From Hormiphora californensis (Eukaryota > Animalia > Ctenophora), in assembly GCA_020137815.1 (NCBI GenBank), contig CM035354.1, positions 3,596,001-3,660,000 of the forward strand: DNA of 64,000 nt, given 5' to 3'. The notes under the pieces were generated by a model. That model was not told the DNA's origin. It worked only from the letters and a program-made list of their open reading frames with translations, and did no database searches. This document shows, one piece after another, positions 27,790 to 40,600 of this stretch. Every line of letters starts with the position of its first letter. The first letter of the stretch is position 1. A program made the translations under genes and the position numbers.

Positions 27790-30569
27790 GATTACCCACT
27801 TCTCTGGCCACTACAACTCTGGCTACTACAACTCTGGCTACTACAACTCTGGCTAGTAGCCACAGTTGTATACAACTCTGGCTACTGGGGGTGTATCTCT
27901 GGCTACTACCAAGTCCTGCCTATAATAGAAGAAATATGTATAACGCCGTATTGCACATGTTATCATATCGCCGTCAGGGACGTAGGCTTGGGAGAAGGTG
28001 TTGGAAAGCGAGAAGAGAGGTGCTGTGATCTCGATCGATCGTACGCGTAAGAGGTTAGACCAAGAGAGAACTGTACATACCATGTAGTTGGAGATTCATG
28101 GGATGTGGTTGGCTTGGAGAGGTGATGTGGTCCCGATGGAATTCAGGTGTTCAGTTGGATAAGCCTTTTCGATATGGGGTAGAGAATGGTTGGCTTCATC
28201 CTGAGACCAAACCAGAACTGATCTTATTGTATTCTCGCGAGAGGTAAAGACGATGATCTGGTGGGAGCTTTCAGCTTACTCTCCAGTTTGATCGGTATAC
28301 CGACCTTGAGTGTGAAGTTAATGGTTGGAAGTGTTTCAACATGGCTGTTGAGGTTGGGGCTCGAGGTCAGGTAGTGGACAGCTTGACTAAAGCAGCTTCC
28401 AGGCAAGGGTTCAAAGGTAGGGGCCGAGGAAGCTGGTGAAGGATACGGGAAGAGAGGCTGCTCACTGTTCCACGTGGATCTACTTCCTGTCGGCGAAGAA
28501 GGAGTGGAAGTACATGAAAATGGAGTAGTTGAGTCATTGAACTGTGAAGTGGTGGTAGTATTGGATGGGTGTGCCCTCACGTTCATAAACCTGTCAACGG
28601 GGGCAGCAGTGAGGGACCCCAGTCGATAACTCATCATGAACATTGACCTTGCCAGCTTCATCCCCGAACCCAATATACATCTGTGCTGGGAAGTGCAATA
28701 AGTTGTACCGTCGTATGCTATGCCAGTTTCAAGCTTGCTTGACTTTATACTGTAACTACTTGACTGGCGGCGACGGATCCCGAGATGATGCGTTCAGAAC
28801 GGGGCGGCGTCGCCAGACAGGTAACTATACTACCCGCTTGATTAGGTAGTGTACCAGTGATTGGGTACCCAAAGGCAGTATTCCGGCCCTACTACCGGGG
28901 TCAATCATGTGGCTGCAAACCGTGGACACAGGTACATGTTATGTAATACAGGGAGTGACAAATGTTAGCACGGGGAGGTCTCAAAAAAAAAAAAAAAAAA
29001 AACTCATTCCGGGCAACTGGCCATACATCGAACGGTGGTCTAAGATTATCGAGATTGCCAGGGGGGGCCTGACTTTGTAACTTGTGTAGTACACAATACA
29101 TGTACCCATACGAAACCGTGTCAGGTTTACGGCTGATGAGATCGATCTGGGTCTCTGTTTCTTGCGAGTGTCAACGTTTACTATCTTAGTGGTCAGAGGA
29201 TATCGATCTTTCCGCTGTTTCAGATCTCTTGGTGTTAGGTGTGGAGGTTGCTGTTAGGAGTGGAGACGGGTGGAGATAGGTTTGGAGGCTGGTGTTGTGG
29301 GGAGAATGGTTCGGTTCCTGGGGTTGGTCTCGCAGCATGGTACATATTCTACGGTGGCAGATTCCGGCCAAGAGTTTTTTCAATCAAGTGAAATATTTTT
29401 GTTTGAAGTTTTATAAAAATTTTATTTCAAAATAAAAATAAACATGTCGTTAAAATTATTGGCCGGAATCTGCCACGCGGGTGGCAGATTCCGGCCAAGA
29501 TTCTCAAAAAACCTTGGCCAGAATCTGCCACACACGTGGCAGATTCTGGCCAACCAACTAAAACTTGTTTATATCAAAGCGAAAACCACTGTACCCGACT
29601 AATTTTGATACGCTGAATCACGTAAGATACTTTTCCAATCCCTCAGAGGTCGGGAAAGTGTCATAATTGACCATAATTGGGTCTAATTGACCCCACTTAC
29701 AACTTTTCACCTTAAAACGATAGACGCTTATGTGAAGGCACTTTTCCGACTAATTTTGATACGCTGAATCACGTAAGCAACTTTTCCAAGTCCTCAGAGA
29801 TCGGCAAAGTGCCCTAATTGAGCAATTAAGGCTAATTAGACCCAATTATACCCAATTAAGGCATTTTCCCGACCTCGGAGGACTCGGAAAAGTTGCTTAC
29901 GTGATTCAGCGTATCAAAATTAGTCGGAAAAGTGCCTTCACATAAGCGTCTATCGTTTTAAGGTGAAAAGTTGTAAGTGGGATCAATTAGACCCAATTAT
30001 GGTCAATTATGACACTTTTCCGACCTCTGAGGGATTGGAAAAGTATCTAACGTGATTCAGCGTATCAAAATTAGTCGGGTACAGTGGTTTTCGCTTTGAT
30101 ATAAACAAGTTTTAGTTGGTTGGCCAGAATCTGCCACGTGTGTGGCAGATTCTGGCCAAGGTTTTTTGAGAATCTTGGCCGGAATCTGCCACCCGCGTGA
30201 CAGATTCCGGCCAATAATTTTAACGACATGTTTATTTTTATTTTGAAATAAAACTTTTATAAAACTTCAAACAAAAATATTTCACTTGATTGAAAAAACA
30301 CTTGGCCGGAATCTGCCACCGTAATATTCTCAACTTATCAGTACTATATCCAGCGAACCTAACTCGTGTGTGTTAATGCGTGTACCTAACTACCTATCAC
30401 CTAATGAGTCGGTAATACGGAGTTCTATTTCATATATAGGCGGGGTCATTTGGTAGCCAGAGGTGCACCTCTAGTAGCCAGAGTTGTATACAACTGTGGC
30501 TACTAGCCAGAATTGTAGTAGCCAGAGTTGTAGTAGCCAGAGTTGTAGTGGCCAGAGAAGTGGGTCACC
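27790..30569. mobile_element. Mutator-like (MULE) non-autonomous element, 9-bp TSD CTTTAATTT, ~100-bp TIRs built of CTACAACTCTGG repeats
   Basis: TSD at 27781-27789 and 30570-30578. G...C termini. TIR ACCCACTTCTCTGGCCACTACAAC / GTTGTAGTGGCCAGAGAAGTGGGT. No transposase recognised. Confidence 0.75.
29350..30323. mobile_element. ~970-bp foldback element, TAC..GTA termini, 6-bp TSD ATATTC (IS3EU-like end signature)
   Basis: ATATTC|TACGGTGGCAGATTCCGGCCAAG...CTTGGCCGGAATCTGCCACCGTA|ATATTC, with near-perfect long arms. Confidence 0.75.
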
Positions 30570-30878
30570 CTTTAATTTGGGCCACGCGGTATTAATAGAT
30601 TTTGAGATTATATTGACCCTGTGTGGGTGCTAGTAATTCTAATAGAGACTAATCTTGGTCAAGATGGAAACATAGTTTTGTGTGTTGATACTATTGAGCC
30701 GTGTACTGTGACCGATTGTTTTTATTTTTATACCGTGAACCCCGTGCAGTTTTTGATTTGTTCAAAACAGGGACGTGATACGCGCCAAATAGTATTACAG
30801 GCGAACCCCAGTTTACCAGGAGAATAAATTCCCCCGATATTGGAAATCAAAGGTAAATCGGGGTCCGACTGAATATTA

Positions 30879-30963
30879 CTGTCAGAGCATTTGCCATGCC
30901 TGACCCTATTCTCATTTCTTTCAATTGACGCGAGAACTGTGGTCAGAGCATTGGCACGACAGG
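30879..30963. repeat. Short interspersed repeat CTGTCAGAGCATT..CTGACCCTATT..GACAGG; other copies ~18143-18204, ~43962-44010, ~54471-54523
   Basis: Shared motifs seen by eye. Confidence 0.55.
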
Positions 30964-31653
30964 AATATTACTATTTGGCACGTATACAGGAATCGGATCT
31001 TGAGTCGGTGCGTCATGCCTTGGTGCCATTGCCGCTCTCCCATTGCCATTCTCGCTCTGTCTGGCGCCGCGACCCATCTGAGCACACTGTCGCGTGAGAA
31101 TCAAATTGGGGTCTGGCGCCGTCAGACAGTTCTCGCTTCGATCTCGCACAGGTGGCCATGTCACCAACATCATGCCGTCATGCCATCTTTCAGAATCTCT
31201 TTTAACCCATCCAATATTTTATATGGTGTTGAAAGAGATCCTTACGAAAATGGGCATGTCCATCTGAATGCCATATGAAAATTCCCCAATGGTACACTGT
31301 CTGGCGGCTACCCCCTTCCCAGAATTGGGCACGTCTCGGTCTCCCAGTCCCACTCTCCCGGCCCTGTCCCATTCAAAGTTCAAAACATCTCGGATAAGGA
31401 ATTGTGAAATAATTAAAGGAAAATAATGATTATCAAATACACACACACACACACATACTATCTGAATCTGTTATAACGTTTAATATATGTAATAGTGGAT
31501 TTAACAAGGGGTTCTCTCTCTCGATAAGGTCACGTGGAAAATAATATATTGGGGTCACAAAGCGCAAATATCAGTCTTTTAATTCTGGAAAACAAAAATA
31601 TTGGGCAAATCATCATGGACAGTTCTCTCTCATTTTGGACATAATTGGTCAGT

Positions 31654-34600
31654 TTAGCAGGATCGCATCATCATGGCGTTAGAGGCGACCAAGTGGGTGG
31701 TGTTACCGTACTTGACCACCATGTGGCCGGGTCGGCTGTTACTGGCCCTCATGTGCTTTCGGGGAATAGAAACCTGCAGAGAAGAAGGGGAGTTAGAGAG
31801 GAAGGGGAGTTAGAGAGGAAGGGTAGTTAGAGAGGAAGGGGAGTTAGAGAGGAAGGGGAGTTAGAGAAGAATGGGAGTTAGAGAGGAAGGGGAGTTAGAG
31901 AGGAAGGGGAGTTAGAGAGGAAGGGGAGTTAGAGAGGAAGGGGAGTTAGAGAGGAAGGGGAGTTAGAGAGGAAGGGGAGTTAGAGAGGAAGGGGAGTTAG
32001 AGAAGAAGGGGAGTTAGAGAAGAAGGGGAGTTAGAGAAGAAGGGGAGTTAGAGAGGAAGGGGAGTTAGAGAAGAAGGGGAGTTAGAGAGGAAGGGGAGTT
32101 AGAGAGGAAGGAGAGTAGAGTTCTTGGAATGACTTCAAGTATAACAGAGGTCAGAGCTCGATAGAAACTAAAATAACTTGTTGGTATAATGTGGCGGACC
32201 GCGGAGTTGTTTGGACCCCTAACTAAGGGGTCCTCCACCCCTTACTCAACAAGGGTGAGGTTGTGTCTTTACCTGCTGTCCGTTGATAGAGCAGACGGCC
32301 TCAAAACCTCGGGGCACGGCACCTCCGGCAGGCATAGCAACCAGGTTGGCTCCCTGGGGAACACTGGCACTTCCGGCACCAGTAGTTAAAGGAGACCTCA
32401 GAGGCAACCAAGTTAGCGGGTACCTGGAGGAGAGGGGGGTTTAGCTGATAATTAGGGATGTAATTGGGGGTTTAAGCTGATAATTAAGAGGTAATTGGAG
32501 CACAACAATATGTAATTTCCAACATAGGATAATGAACAACCATGTAACCCTTGCACGTAATTTACCTTGACTCTCTGTCCATTGATTTTGATGGAGAAAG
32601 ATCCAGGCCTGGCAGTTCGGGCCCTGAAGTATCGTCCAGGAACAACAGCTGTGGTTCCCTTGACGTTGACCTGGAGAAGGGGTGGGGTTGTTAGATCTAT
32701 AATGTGGACCAATCAGGATCTAGAAATCAAGTTTTATTAAACTAATTACCCACTAATTAACTAGTTAATTAATCAACTAGTTAACTAATTAGCTAATCAG
32801 ATAATTAAAATACCTGGTAGAATCGGTCTGGGTAGATGGCAGTGCCTCCCACGTTGGCATTGGGCATGTCAGTGGGTCGCCTGCAGGGTCGGTTCATCAT
32901 ACTGGCGGGGATCACCACAACAGGTCGCTTGTCCTTGGTCATGGGAGTGTAGGTTGGTTTCACAGTGCCGTCAGGGTTGAACAGCTGGAAGAGAGGGAAG
33001 GACCGGGCTCCACTAGGGATACCACCTGGCATGAAGCGAGGTGGACCCATGGCGGGGAATGTGGGGTATGGGAACTTGTTGGGAGAATCCTCATCAGAAG
33101 ATGAATCGTCAGAAGAAGAGCTGGGATCTGAGGACATGTATCCGGGACCTCCAGGGGAGACCATTGGGGCACCTGGTGATGGAATGAATCCACCAGGACT
33201 AGGCATGCCACCAGTAGGTCCATAGGGTCCAGCGGGCCCACTAGGTCCAGCGGGTCCACTGGGTCCATAAGGTCCAGCAGGGCCACTAGGTCCAGCAGGG
33301 CCACTAGGTCCATAAGGTCCAGCGGGTCCACTGGGTCCATAAGGTCCAGCAGGGCCACTAGGTCCGTAAGGTCCAGCAGGGCCACTAGGTCCATACGGTC
33401 CAGCAGGTCCACTAGGTCCGTAAGGTCCAGCAGGGCCACTAGGTCCATAAGGTCCAGCGGGTCCGGCAGGGCCACTAGGACTGCTAGGACTAGCGAAAAT
33501 ATCAATATCGATATTAGGTCCAGCGGGGCCACTAGGTCCATAAGGTCCAGCGGGTCCACTAGGTCCATAAGGTCCAGCGGGTCCACTAGGTCCAGCAGGG
33601 CCACTAGGTCCATAAGGTCCAGCGGTTCCACTAGGTCCATAAGGTCCAGCTAGTCCACTAGGTCCATAAGGTCCACCGGCGGAGATATCAATATTGATAC
33701 CAGCTCCAGCGCCTCCGAGACCAGCGCCTCCGAGACCACCAGCACCGCCAGCACCTCCAGCAGAAGAAACGCTGAAGACAACATGGACAGATCCTCCGTA
33801 GGAAACGAGAACACTTCCGGGGTTGCTTGGGTTGGGAGAGATAGCAGCTCCAGACACGATGACGGAAGCTCCACTGGGCAGAGCAACGCTGTAAGATCCA
33901 CTGGCAGAGATCATGACTCCGTTGAACATGAATCCACCAGCTCCAGCGCCACCGGCACCTCCGGCACCAGCGCCGCCAAAGCCTCCAGCACCTCCGAGAC
34001 CTCCAGCACCGCCGAAACCGGCACCAGCACCTCCAAGACCGGCACCAGCACCTCCGAAACCAGCACCAGCGCCTCCAAGACCAGCGCCTCCGAGACCAGC
34101 GCCTCCGAGACCACCAGCACCGCCAGCACCTCCAGCAGAAGAAACGCTGAAGACAACATGGACAGATCCTCCGTAGGAAACGAGAACACTTCCAGGGTTG
34201 CTGGGGTTGGGAGAGATAGCAGCTCCAGACACGATGACGGAAGCTCCACTGGGCAGAGCAACGCTGTAAGATCCACTGGCAGAGATCATGACTCCGTTGA
34301 ACATGAATCCACCAGCTCCAGCGCCACCGGCACCTCCAGCACCAGCGCCGCCAAGGCCTCCAGCACCTCCAGCATAGATGTCAATATCGATGGCAGGTCC
34401 ACGGCCAGCAGATCCTGGTCCGTATCCTCCAGCACCTCCAAGACCGGCACCAGCACCTCCGAAACCAGCACCAGCGCCTCCGAGACCACCAGCACCTCCA
34501 AGACCAGCGCCTCCGAGACCAGCGCCTCCGAGACCACCAGCACCGCCAGCACCTCCAGCAGAAGAAACGCTGAAGACAACATGGACAGATCCTCCGTAGG

Positions 34601-37600
34601 AAACGAGAACACTTCCGGGGTTGCTTGGGTTGGGAGAGATAGCAGCTCCAGACACGATGACGGAAGCTCCACTGGGCAGAGCAACGCTGTAAGAACCACT
34701 GGCAGAGATCATGACTCCGTTGAACATGAATCCACCAGCTCCAGCGCCACCGGCACCTCCAAGACCTCCGGCACCTCCAAGACCGCCAGCACCTCCGGCA
34801 CCAGCGCCGCCAAAGCCTCCAGCACCTCCGAGACCTCCAGCACCGCCGAAACCGGCACCAGCACCTCCAAGACCGGCACCAGCACCTCCAGCATAGATGT
34901 CAATGTCAACACTGGGTCCACGACCAGCAGATCCGGGACCGTAGGCTCCGGCACCAGCTCCAGGACCGTAGGGAGAAGCAAGACCTCCAGCTCCAGGGCT
35001 ACCAGCACCTCCAGCAGAAGAAACGCTGAAGACAACATGGACAGATCCTCCGTAGGAAACGAGAACACTTCCAGGGTTGCTGGGGTTGGGAGAGATAGCA
35101 GCTCCAGACACGATGACGGAAGCTCCACTGGGCAGAGCAACGCTGTAAGATCCACTGGCAGAGATCATGACTCCGTTGAACATGAATCCACCAGCTCCAG
35201 CGCCACCGGCACCTCCAGCACCAGCGCCGCCAAGGCCTCCAGCACCTCCAGCATAGATGTCAATATCGATGGCAGGTCCACGGCCAGCAGATCCTGGTCC
35301 GTATCCTCCAGCACCTCCAAGACCGGCACCAGCACCTCCGAAACCAGCACCAGCGCCTCCGAGACCACCAGCACCTCCAAGACCAGCGCCTCCGAGACCA
35401 GCGCCTCCGAGACCACCAGCACCGCCAGCACCTCCAGCAGAAGAAACGCTGAAGACAACATGGACAGATCCTCCGTAGGAAACGAGAACACTTCCGGGGT
35501 TGCTTGGGTTGGGAGAGATAGCAGCTCCAGACACGATGACGGAAGCTCCACTGGGCAGAGCAACGCTGTAAGAACCACTGGCAGAGATCATGACTCCGTT
35601 GAACATGAATCCACCAGCTCCAGCGCCACCGGCACCTCCAAGACCTCCGGCACCTCCAAGACCGCCAGCACCTCCGGCACCAGCGCCGCCAAAGCCTCCA
35701 GCACCTCCGAGACCTCCAGCACCGCCGAAACCGGCACCAGCACCTCCAAGACCGGCACCAGCACCTCCAGCATAGATGTCAATGTCAACACTGGGTCCAC
35801 GACCAGCAGATCCGGGACCGTAGGCTCCGGCACCAGCTCCAGGACCGTAGGGAGAAGCAAGACCTCCAGCTCCAGGGCTACCAGCACCTCCAGCAGAAGA
35901 AACGCTGAAGACAACATGGACAGATCCTCCGTAGGAAACGAGAACACTTCCAGGGTTGCTGGGGTTGGGAGAGATAGCAGCTCCAGACACGATGACGGAA
36001 GCTCCACTGGGCAGAGCAACGCTGTAAGATCCACTGGCAGAGATCATGACTCCGTTGAACATGAATCCACCAGCTCCAGCGCCACCGGCACCTCCAGCAC
36101 CAGCGCCGCCACGGCCTCCAGCACCTCCAGCACCTCCAGCATAGATGTCAATATCGATGGCAGGTCCACGGCCAGCAGATCCTGGTCCGTATCCTCCAGC
36201 ACCTCCAAGACCGGCACCAGCACCTCCGAAACCAGCACCAGCGCCTCCGAGACCACCAGCACCTCCAAGACCAGCGCCTCCGAGACCAGCGCCTCCGAGA
36301 CCACCAGCACCGCCAGCACCTCCAGCAGAAGAAACGCTGAAGACAACATGGACAGATCCTCCGTAGGAAACGAGAACACTTCCGGGGTTGCTTGGGTTGG
36401 GAGAGATAGCAGCTCCAGACACGATGACGGAAGCTCCACTGGGCAGAGCAACGCTGTAAGAACCACTGGCAGAGATCATGACTCCGTTGAACATGAATCC
36501 ACCAGCTCCAGCGCCACCGGCACCTCCAAGACCTCCGGCACCTCCAAGACCGCCAGCACCTCCGGCACCAGCGCCGCCAAAGCCTCCAGCACCTCCGAGA
36601 CCTCCAGCACCGCCGAAACCGGCACCAGCACCTCCAAGACCGGCACCAGCACCTCCAGCATAGATGTCAATGTCAACACTGGGTCCACGACCAGCAGATC
36701 CGGGACCGTAGGCTCCGGCACCAGCTCCAGGACCGTAGGGAGAAGCAAGACCTCCAGCTCCAGGGCTACCAGCACCTCCAGCAGAAGAAACGCTGAAGAC
36801 AACATGGACAGATCCTCCGTAGGAAACGAGAACACTTCCAGGGTTGCTGGGGTTGGGAGAGATAGCAGCTCCAGACACGATGACGGAAGCTCCACTGGGC
36901 AGAGCAACGCTGTAAGATCCACTGGCAGAGATCATGACTCCGTTGAACATGAATCCACCAGCTCCAGCGCCACCGGCACCTCCAGCACCAGCGCCGCCAC
37001 GGCCTCCAGCACCTCCAGCACCTCCAGCATAGATGTCAATATCGATGGCAGGTCCACGGCCAGCAGATCCTGGTCCGTATCCTCCAGCACCTCCAAGACC
37101 GGCACCAGCACCTCCGAAACCAGCACCAGCGCCTCCGAGACCACCAGCACCTCCAAGACCAGCGCCTCCGAGACCAGCGCCTCCGAGACCACCAGCACCG
37201 CCAGCACCTCCAGCAGAAGAAACGCTGAAGACAACATGGACAGATCCTCCGTAGGAAACGAGAACACTTCCGGGGTTGCTTGGGTTGGGAGAGATAGCAG
37301 CTCCAGACACGATGACGGAAGCTCCACTGGGCAGAGCAACGCTGTAAGAACCACTGGCAGAGATCATGACTCCGTTGAACATGAATCCACCAGCTCCAGC
37401 GCCACCGGCACCTCCAAGACCTCCGGCACCTCCAAGACCGCCAGCACCTCCGGCACCAGCGCCGCCAAAGCCTCCAGCACCTCCGAGACCTCCAGCACCG
37501 CCGAAACCGGCACCAGCACCTCCAAGACCGGCACCAGCACCTCCAGCATAGATGTCAATGTCAACACTGGGTCCACGACCAGCAGATCCGGGACCGTAGG

Positions 37601-40600
37601 CTCCGGCACCAGCTCCAGGACCGTAGGGAGAAGCAAGACCTCCAGCTCCAGGGCTACCAGCACCTCCAGCAGAAGAAACGCTGAAGACAACATGGACAGA
37701 TCCTCCGTAGGAAACGAGAACACTTCCAGGGTTGCTGGGGTTGGGAGAGATAGCAGCTCCAGACACGATGACGGAAGCTCCACTGGGCAGAGCAACGCTG
37801 TAAGATCCACTGGCAGAGATCATGACTCCGTTGAACATGAATCCACCAGCTCCAGCGCCACCGGCACCTCCAGCACCAGCGCCGCCACGGCCTCCAGCAC
37901 CTCCAGCACCTCCAGCATAGATGTCAATATCGATGGCAGGTCCACGGCCAGCAGATCCTGGTCCGTATCCTCCAGCACCTCCAAGACCGGCACCAGCACC
38001 TCCGAAACCAGCACCAGCGCCTCCGAGACCACCAGCACCTCCAAGACCAGCGCCTCCGAGACCAGCGCCTCCGAGACCACCAGCACCGCCAGCACCTCCA
38101 GCAGAAGAAACGCTGAAGACAACATGGACAGATCCTCCGTAGGAAACGAGAACACTTCCGGGGTTGCTTGGGTTGGGAGAGATAGCAGCTCCAGACACGA
38201 TGACGGAAGCTCCACTGGGCAGAGCAACGCTGTAAGAACCACTGGCAGAGATCATGACTCCGTTGAACATGAATCCACCAGCTCCAGCGCCACCGGCACC
38301 TCCAAGACCTCCGGCACCTCCAAGACCGCCAGCACCTCCGGCACCAGCGCCGCCAAAGCCTCCAGCACCTCCGAGACCTCCAGCACCGCCGAAACCGGCA
38401 CCAGCACCTCCAAGACCGGCACCAGCACCTCCAGCATAGATGTCAATGTCAACACTGGGTCCACGACCAGCAGATCCGGGACCGTAGGCTCCGGCACCAG
38501 CTCCAGGACCGTAGGGAGAAGCAAGACCTCCAGCTCCAGGGCTACCAGCACCTCCAGCAGAAGAAACGCTGAAGACAACATGGACAGATCCTCCGTAGGA
38601 AACGAGAACACTTCCAGGGTTGCTGGGGTTGGGAGAGATAGCAGCTCCAGACACGATGACGGAAGCTCCACTGGGCAGAGCAACGCTGTAAGATCCACTG
38701 GCAGAGATCATGACTCCGTTGAACATGAATCCACCAGCTCCAGCGCCACCGGCACCTCCAGCACCAGCGCCGCCAAGGCCTCCAGCACCTCCAGCATAGA
38801 TGTCAATATCGATGGCAGGTCCACGGCCAGCAGATCCTGGTCCGTATCCTCCAGCACCTCCAAGACCGGCACCAGCACCTCCGAAACCAGCACCAGCGCC
38901 TCCGAGACCACCAGCACCTCCAAGACCAGCGCCTCCGAGACCAGCGCCTCCGAGACCACCAGCACCGCCAGCACCTCCAGCAGAAGAAACGCTGAAGACA
39001 ACATGGACAGATCCTCCGTAGGAAACGAGAACACTTCCGGGGTTGCTTGGGTTGGGAGAGATAGCAGCTCCAGACACGATGACGGAAGCTCCACTGGGCA
39101 GAGCAACGCTGTAAGAACCACTGGCAGAGATCATGACTCCGTTGAACATGAATCCACCAGCTCCAGCGCCACCGGCACCTCCAAGACCTCCGGCACCTCC
39201 AAGACCGCCAGCACCTCCGGCACCAGCGCCGCCAAAGCCTCCAGCACCTCCGAGACCTCCAGCACCGCCGAAACCGGCACCAGCACCTCCAAGACCGGCA
39301 CCAGCACCTCCAGCATAGATGTCAATGTCAACACTGGGTCCACGACCAGCAGATCCGGGACCGTAGGCTCCGGCACCAGCTCCAGGACCGTAGGGAGAAG
39401 CAAGACCTCCAGCTCCAGGGCTACCAGCACCTCCAGCAGAAGAAACGCTGAAGACAACATGGACAGATCCTCCGTAGGAAACGAGAACACTTCCAGGGTT
39501 GCTGGGGTTGGGAGAGATAGCAGCTCCAGACACGATGACGGAAGCTCCACTGGGCAGAGCAACGCTGTAAGATCCACTGGCAGAGATCATGACTCCGTTG
39601 AACATGAATCCACCAGCTCCAGCGCCACCGGCACCTCCAGCACCAGCGCCGCCACGGCCTCCAGCACCTCCAGCACCTCCAGCATAGATGTCAATATCGA
39701 TGGCAGGTCCACGGCCAGCAGATCCTGGTCCGTATCCTCCAGCACCTCCAAGACCGGCACCAGCACCTCCGAAACCAGCACCAGCGCCTCCGAGACCACC
39801 AGCACCTCCAAGACCAGCGCCTCCGAGACCAGCGCCTCCGAGACCACCAGCACCGCCAGCACCTCCAGCAGAAGAAACGCTGAAGACAACATGGACAGAT
39901 CCTCCGTAGGAAACGAGAACACTTCCGGGGTTGCTTGGGTTGGGAGAGATAGCAGCTCCAGACACGATGACGGAAGCTCCACTGGGCAGAGCAACGCTGT
40001 AAGAACCACTGGCAGACAGACTCCGTTAACAACCGCCATGGCAGGCACCTCCAGAACGCACCAACCGGCACTCCGGCCCATCACCCAAAGCCTCCGCACC
40101 TCCGAGACTCCGCATCACCGCCGAACCGGCCCAGACCTCCAGCCCCCCAGACCAGCAAGAAAGCACCTGGCCACACCACAACCGCGAGCCGCACCACTCC
40201 AGGACCGACAGCACCGCCCGCCACCCGCACCTCCAGAACAAACGCACAGCACAACATCAGATCCCGTAGGAAACGAGAACATCCGGCTCTGGTTGAAGAT
40301 AGCAGCAGACACGATACAGCTCCGCAACCGTGAAGTCCACTGGCAATCATGACCCGTTGAAATCACCACCGCCCCCCCCGCACCCCCACCGCCCAGCACT
40401 CCAGCACCTCCGCATAGATGTCAATCGATGCGGTCCACGGCCAGCAATCCTGCACCTCCCCCACCTCCAAACGCCCAGCACCTCCGAAAACCCCCAACCA
40501 GCGCCCCACCACCAGCCCCCAACCCGCCCGAACCAGCCCGCCACCAAACCACCGCCCTCCAAAAGAACTAAACCATGGAATCCTCCGTGGAACGAACACT

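Larger units (their letters stand above)
26694..30589. mobile_element. Tc1/mariner-type non-autonomous element (TA TSD) whose right TIR is interrupted by a Mutator-like insertion
   Basis: TA|CCGCGTGGCCCAAATTAAAGGG...CCCTTTAATTTGGGCCACGCGG|TA. The rest of the right TIR at ~27676-27789 mirrors ~26706-26818. Confidence 0.8.

Noticed and set aside
28224-28673. 149-aa ORF inside the MULE-like element as a transposase
   Set aside because: No DDE or zinc-finger motifs recognised; left unannotated.
33783-40352. 2189-aa Ser/Thr-rich mucin-like ORF on the + strand (also 41749..43113)
   Set aside because: Antisense shadow of the Gly/Ala codon repeat. It has no splice or terminal context, whereas the - strand frame continues into unique flanking exons.
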